Shown: positions 39,571 through 41,482 of the stretch, piece by piece
How positions within the stretch are numbered: position 1 is the first letter of the stretch
How the letters are laid out: the number at the start of each line of letters is the position of its first letter
Source: Jimgerdemannia flammicorona
Lineage: Eukaryota
Assembly: GCA_003990765.1 (NCBI GenBank)
Contig: RBNJ01000105.1
Span: 1-41,482, forward strand
Direction: 5' to 3'
DNA length: 41,482 bases
Notes under the pieces: generated by a model
Told to the model about the DNA's origin: nothing
Database searches by the model: none
The model's input: only the letters and a program-made list of their open reading frames with translations
Program-made: the position numbers and the translations under genes

Positions 39571-40354
39571 TATATAATAAATTATATATCAGTAATAGAA
39601 CTATATATTAGCAATAAATAATGATAGAATATTTTATAATAAAAAAGAAGCAGAAAAATATTATATTATATCCTTTTACATATTTCTCTCTCTTTAAGCA
39701 TTATATTACATTATATATATATACTTAAAACTTAAGAAACTATAGTGAAAATAAAGAATATAGATAGATTTTAATTATAGAAATCTCAAATATATAAATA
39801 ACTATAGATAGCATTCTTATATATTTATAGTCTTTTTGTAGTTATTGCTTGATTATATTATATTCTTATATATTATCTCATTAAGTAAAGTATTAAAATT
39901 CTCATTATTATATATCTTAATAATATAACTTATATATAACTATATTATCTATAAGTTATATTACTTAATATAAATATATACTATTTGAAATAATAAATAA
40001 TACCCTCTTCTTCTCTACTTCATATTTTCAATAAATATAGATTATAAAAGTATGGTCAAATGAAAGTTGTTTTTACTATTTTTTATAATGTTAATTTATA
40101 TATAATTTGTATAATAACTTTAGGCTTAGAAATTGTAGCTTAAAAAGATTATCTACTACATGGCTTACTCTTTATAGCTTTGGTGACTTGTGTGACTTAT
40201 ATATAAGACTGATAGATTAAACATAGAAAAATTGTAAGCCATAGAGATAATATCTCAAAGATATTAATTATATAGTAATTATCATTCAAAGTTCAAGTTA
40301 TAAGAGTTTCTAATCAAGATATATTTATAGATGTAAGCTGAGATATGAATATTC

Positions 40355-41482
40355 ATACTCTTTTTACCACTACTATATCAGTTATAAGATATTAGTAGAC
40401 TACTGTCTGAGTCTCTTTTTCTATAACTTTATACCCTCTACTCTAGTATAGTTTATTATACTTATTACAGAATAGTAAGAAGAAGACAATAGTAATAAGT
40501 TGCCTCTTTATCAATATCAGATTAGTACTTTCTCTTCTTTTTTATTAGTATCTAATACTGCTGACTATATCTAATATACATCTGTTTTAGTATAGTATTT
40601 TCTTTCTTTTGCTATTATTAATAAGATATTATCTCAATATATTACAAATTATATAGAAAGTTGGCTGATCTTAAGTATTAAGTACTATTGAAGATTCTAA
40701 CAGGTCTTTAGCATCTGTAGCAAGCCCTATGAGTATTAGTGAGCTTCTCAATAAGTATAATTCTAGTATAAGTAACTGCTTTTGAGATAAAGTTAGAATA
40801 GAAGAAAAGATAGTTATTATAGATAAGCAGAAGGATAATTATAGTAAACTAATCAGATATTAGACTAGAGATAATTATTAGAGTTTATGCAGATACTATA
40901 TTAGTGAGACCTTTTAATTGGTATAGAGTAGTTAGATAGTAGATATCACTCTCAGTAACTCTTAGTAATATGTAAAATTAGGCTCTAGTAGAGTTGTTGA
41001 AAAGTCTGAGGCTATTTAGATTTGATATTTAGACTATACTTAACTAGAACTAAGAGCTGATATAATAATATGATCAAGATCTATAGACTTGAATAGTAGA
41101 GTATTAGAGTCTCTTTCTACTCTATATATAAGTTCTTTACTTTAGAAAAAACTAGACCCTATCAACTATTCTATATCTTTTAAAGGATTTTTTCTTTGTC
41201 TATTACTTTATTTGAGATAGTAGAGGCTTTGCTATTTAGCTCTAATATGACCTTATATGTATATATTAGAATTCAGATATATATATTTTTTTAATTATAG
41301 GTATATTGTTATTATCTCTCTAATAGAGAGAGTATAGTATATAGAATAAAATATAGACTTCTTAATTCTACTATAACTAGTATAATAGAGCTACTGAACA
41401 AGTAACCAACCTAGAGAGAGTTTTAGCCTATATAGTTTAGGTTCTCTTTCAATAAAAATCTGCAAGACTTGAGTTTGTTAAT
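40355..41482 (+). mobile_element. Older, decayed copy of the same non-LTR family as 15005-16203 (may extend further left)
   Basis: 3' end TTAGCCTATATAGTTTAGGTTCTCTTTCAATAAAAATCTGCAAGAC matches the reverse complement of the insert (TTGGCCTATATAGTCTAGGTTCCCTTCTAATAAAAATCTGCGAGAC); colinear similarity also seen near 40360-40560 and 41110-41370. Confidence 0.85.

Larger units (their letters stand above)
28848..40033 (+). mobile_element. Ty1/Copia LTR retrotransposon, very decayed, hosting two later insertions
   Basis: ~143-bp LTR pair (28848-~28992; 39891-40033); flanks GATAT/AATAT (5-bp TSD with one transition). Integrase remnant SDNRYKY (~30904) precedes RT, which is Copia order. Net length is ~4.8 kb after removing the inserts. 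Confidence 0.85.

Overview
This is not prokaryotic DNA. It is a eukaryotic (probably fungal; lineage is inference) graveyard of nested transposons, strongly CpG-depleted and eroded by C>T/G>A transitions, with no intact host gene. From left to right: (1) a complete hAT DNA transposon (745-7296; 14-bp TIRs, 8-bp TSD) with a decayed transposase and a second unknown passenger gene. (2) The 3' end of a minus-strand LTR element (LTR 7861-8120). (3) An old minus-strand dUTPase-bearing Ty3/Gypsy element (B). (4) A younger relative (A, 13543-23661) inserted into B in the opposite orientation. A has 1.6-kb LTRs that each contain a ~287-aa gene, and its 5' LTR carries a poly(A)-tailed non-LTR insertion with a 14-bp TSD. 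(5) A decayed alpha/beta-hydrolase + NB-ARC (NLR-type) pseudogene. (6) A heavily decayed Ty1/Copia element (28848-40033) that hosts a palindromic hAT MITE and a full-length chromovirus (C, 31815-37824) with a dUTPase in a different position. (7) An older copy of the same non-LTR family at the right end. The best candidates for novelty are the LTR-embedded gene and the accessory modules of element A (dUTPase, Cys/His motif, post-pol ORF). All protein motifs were translated by eye through stop codons, so internal coordinates are approximate.
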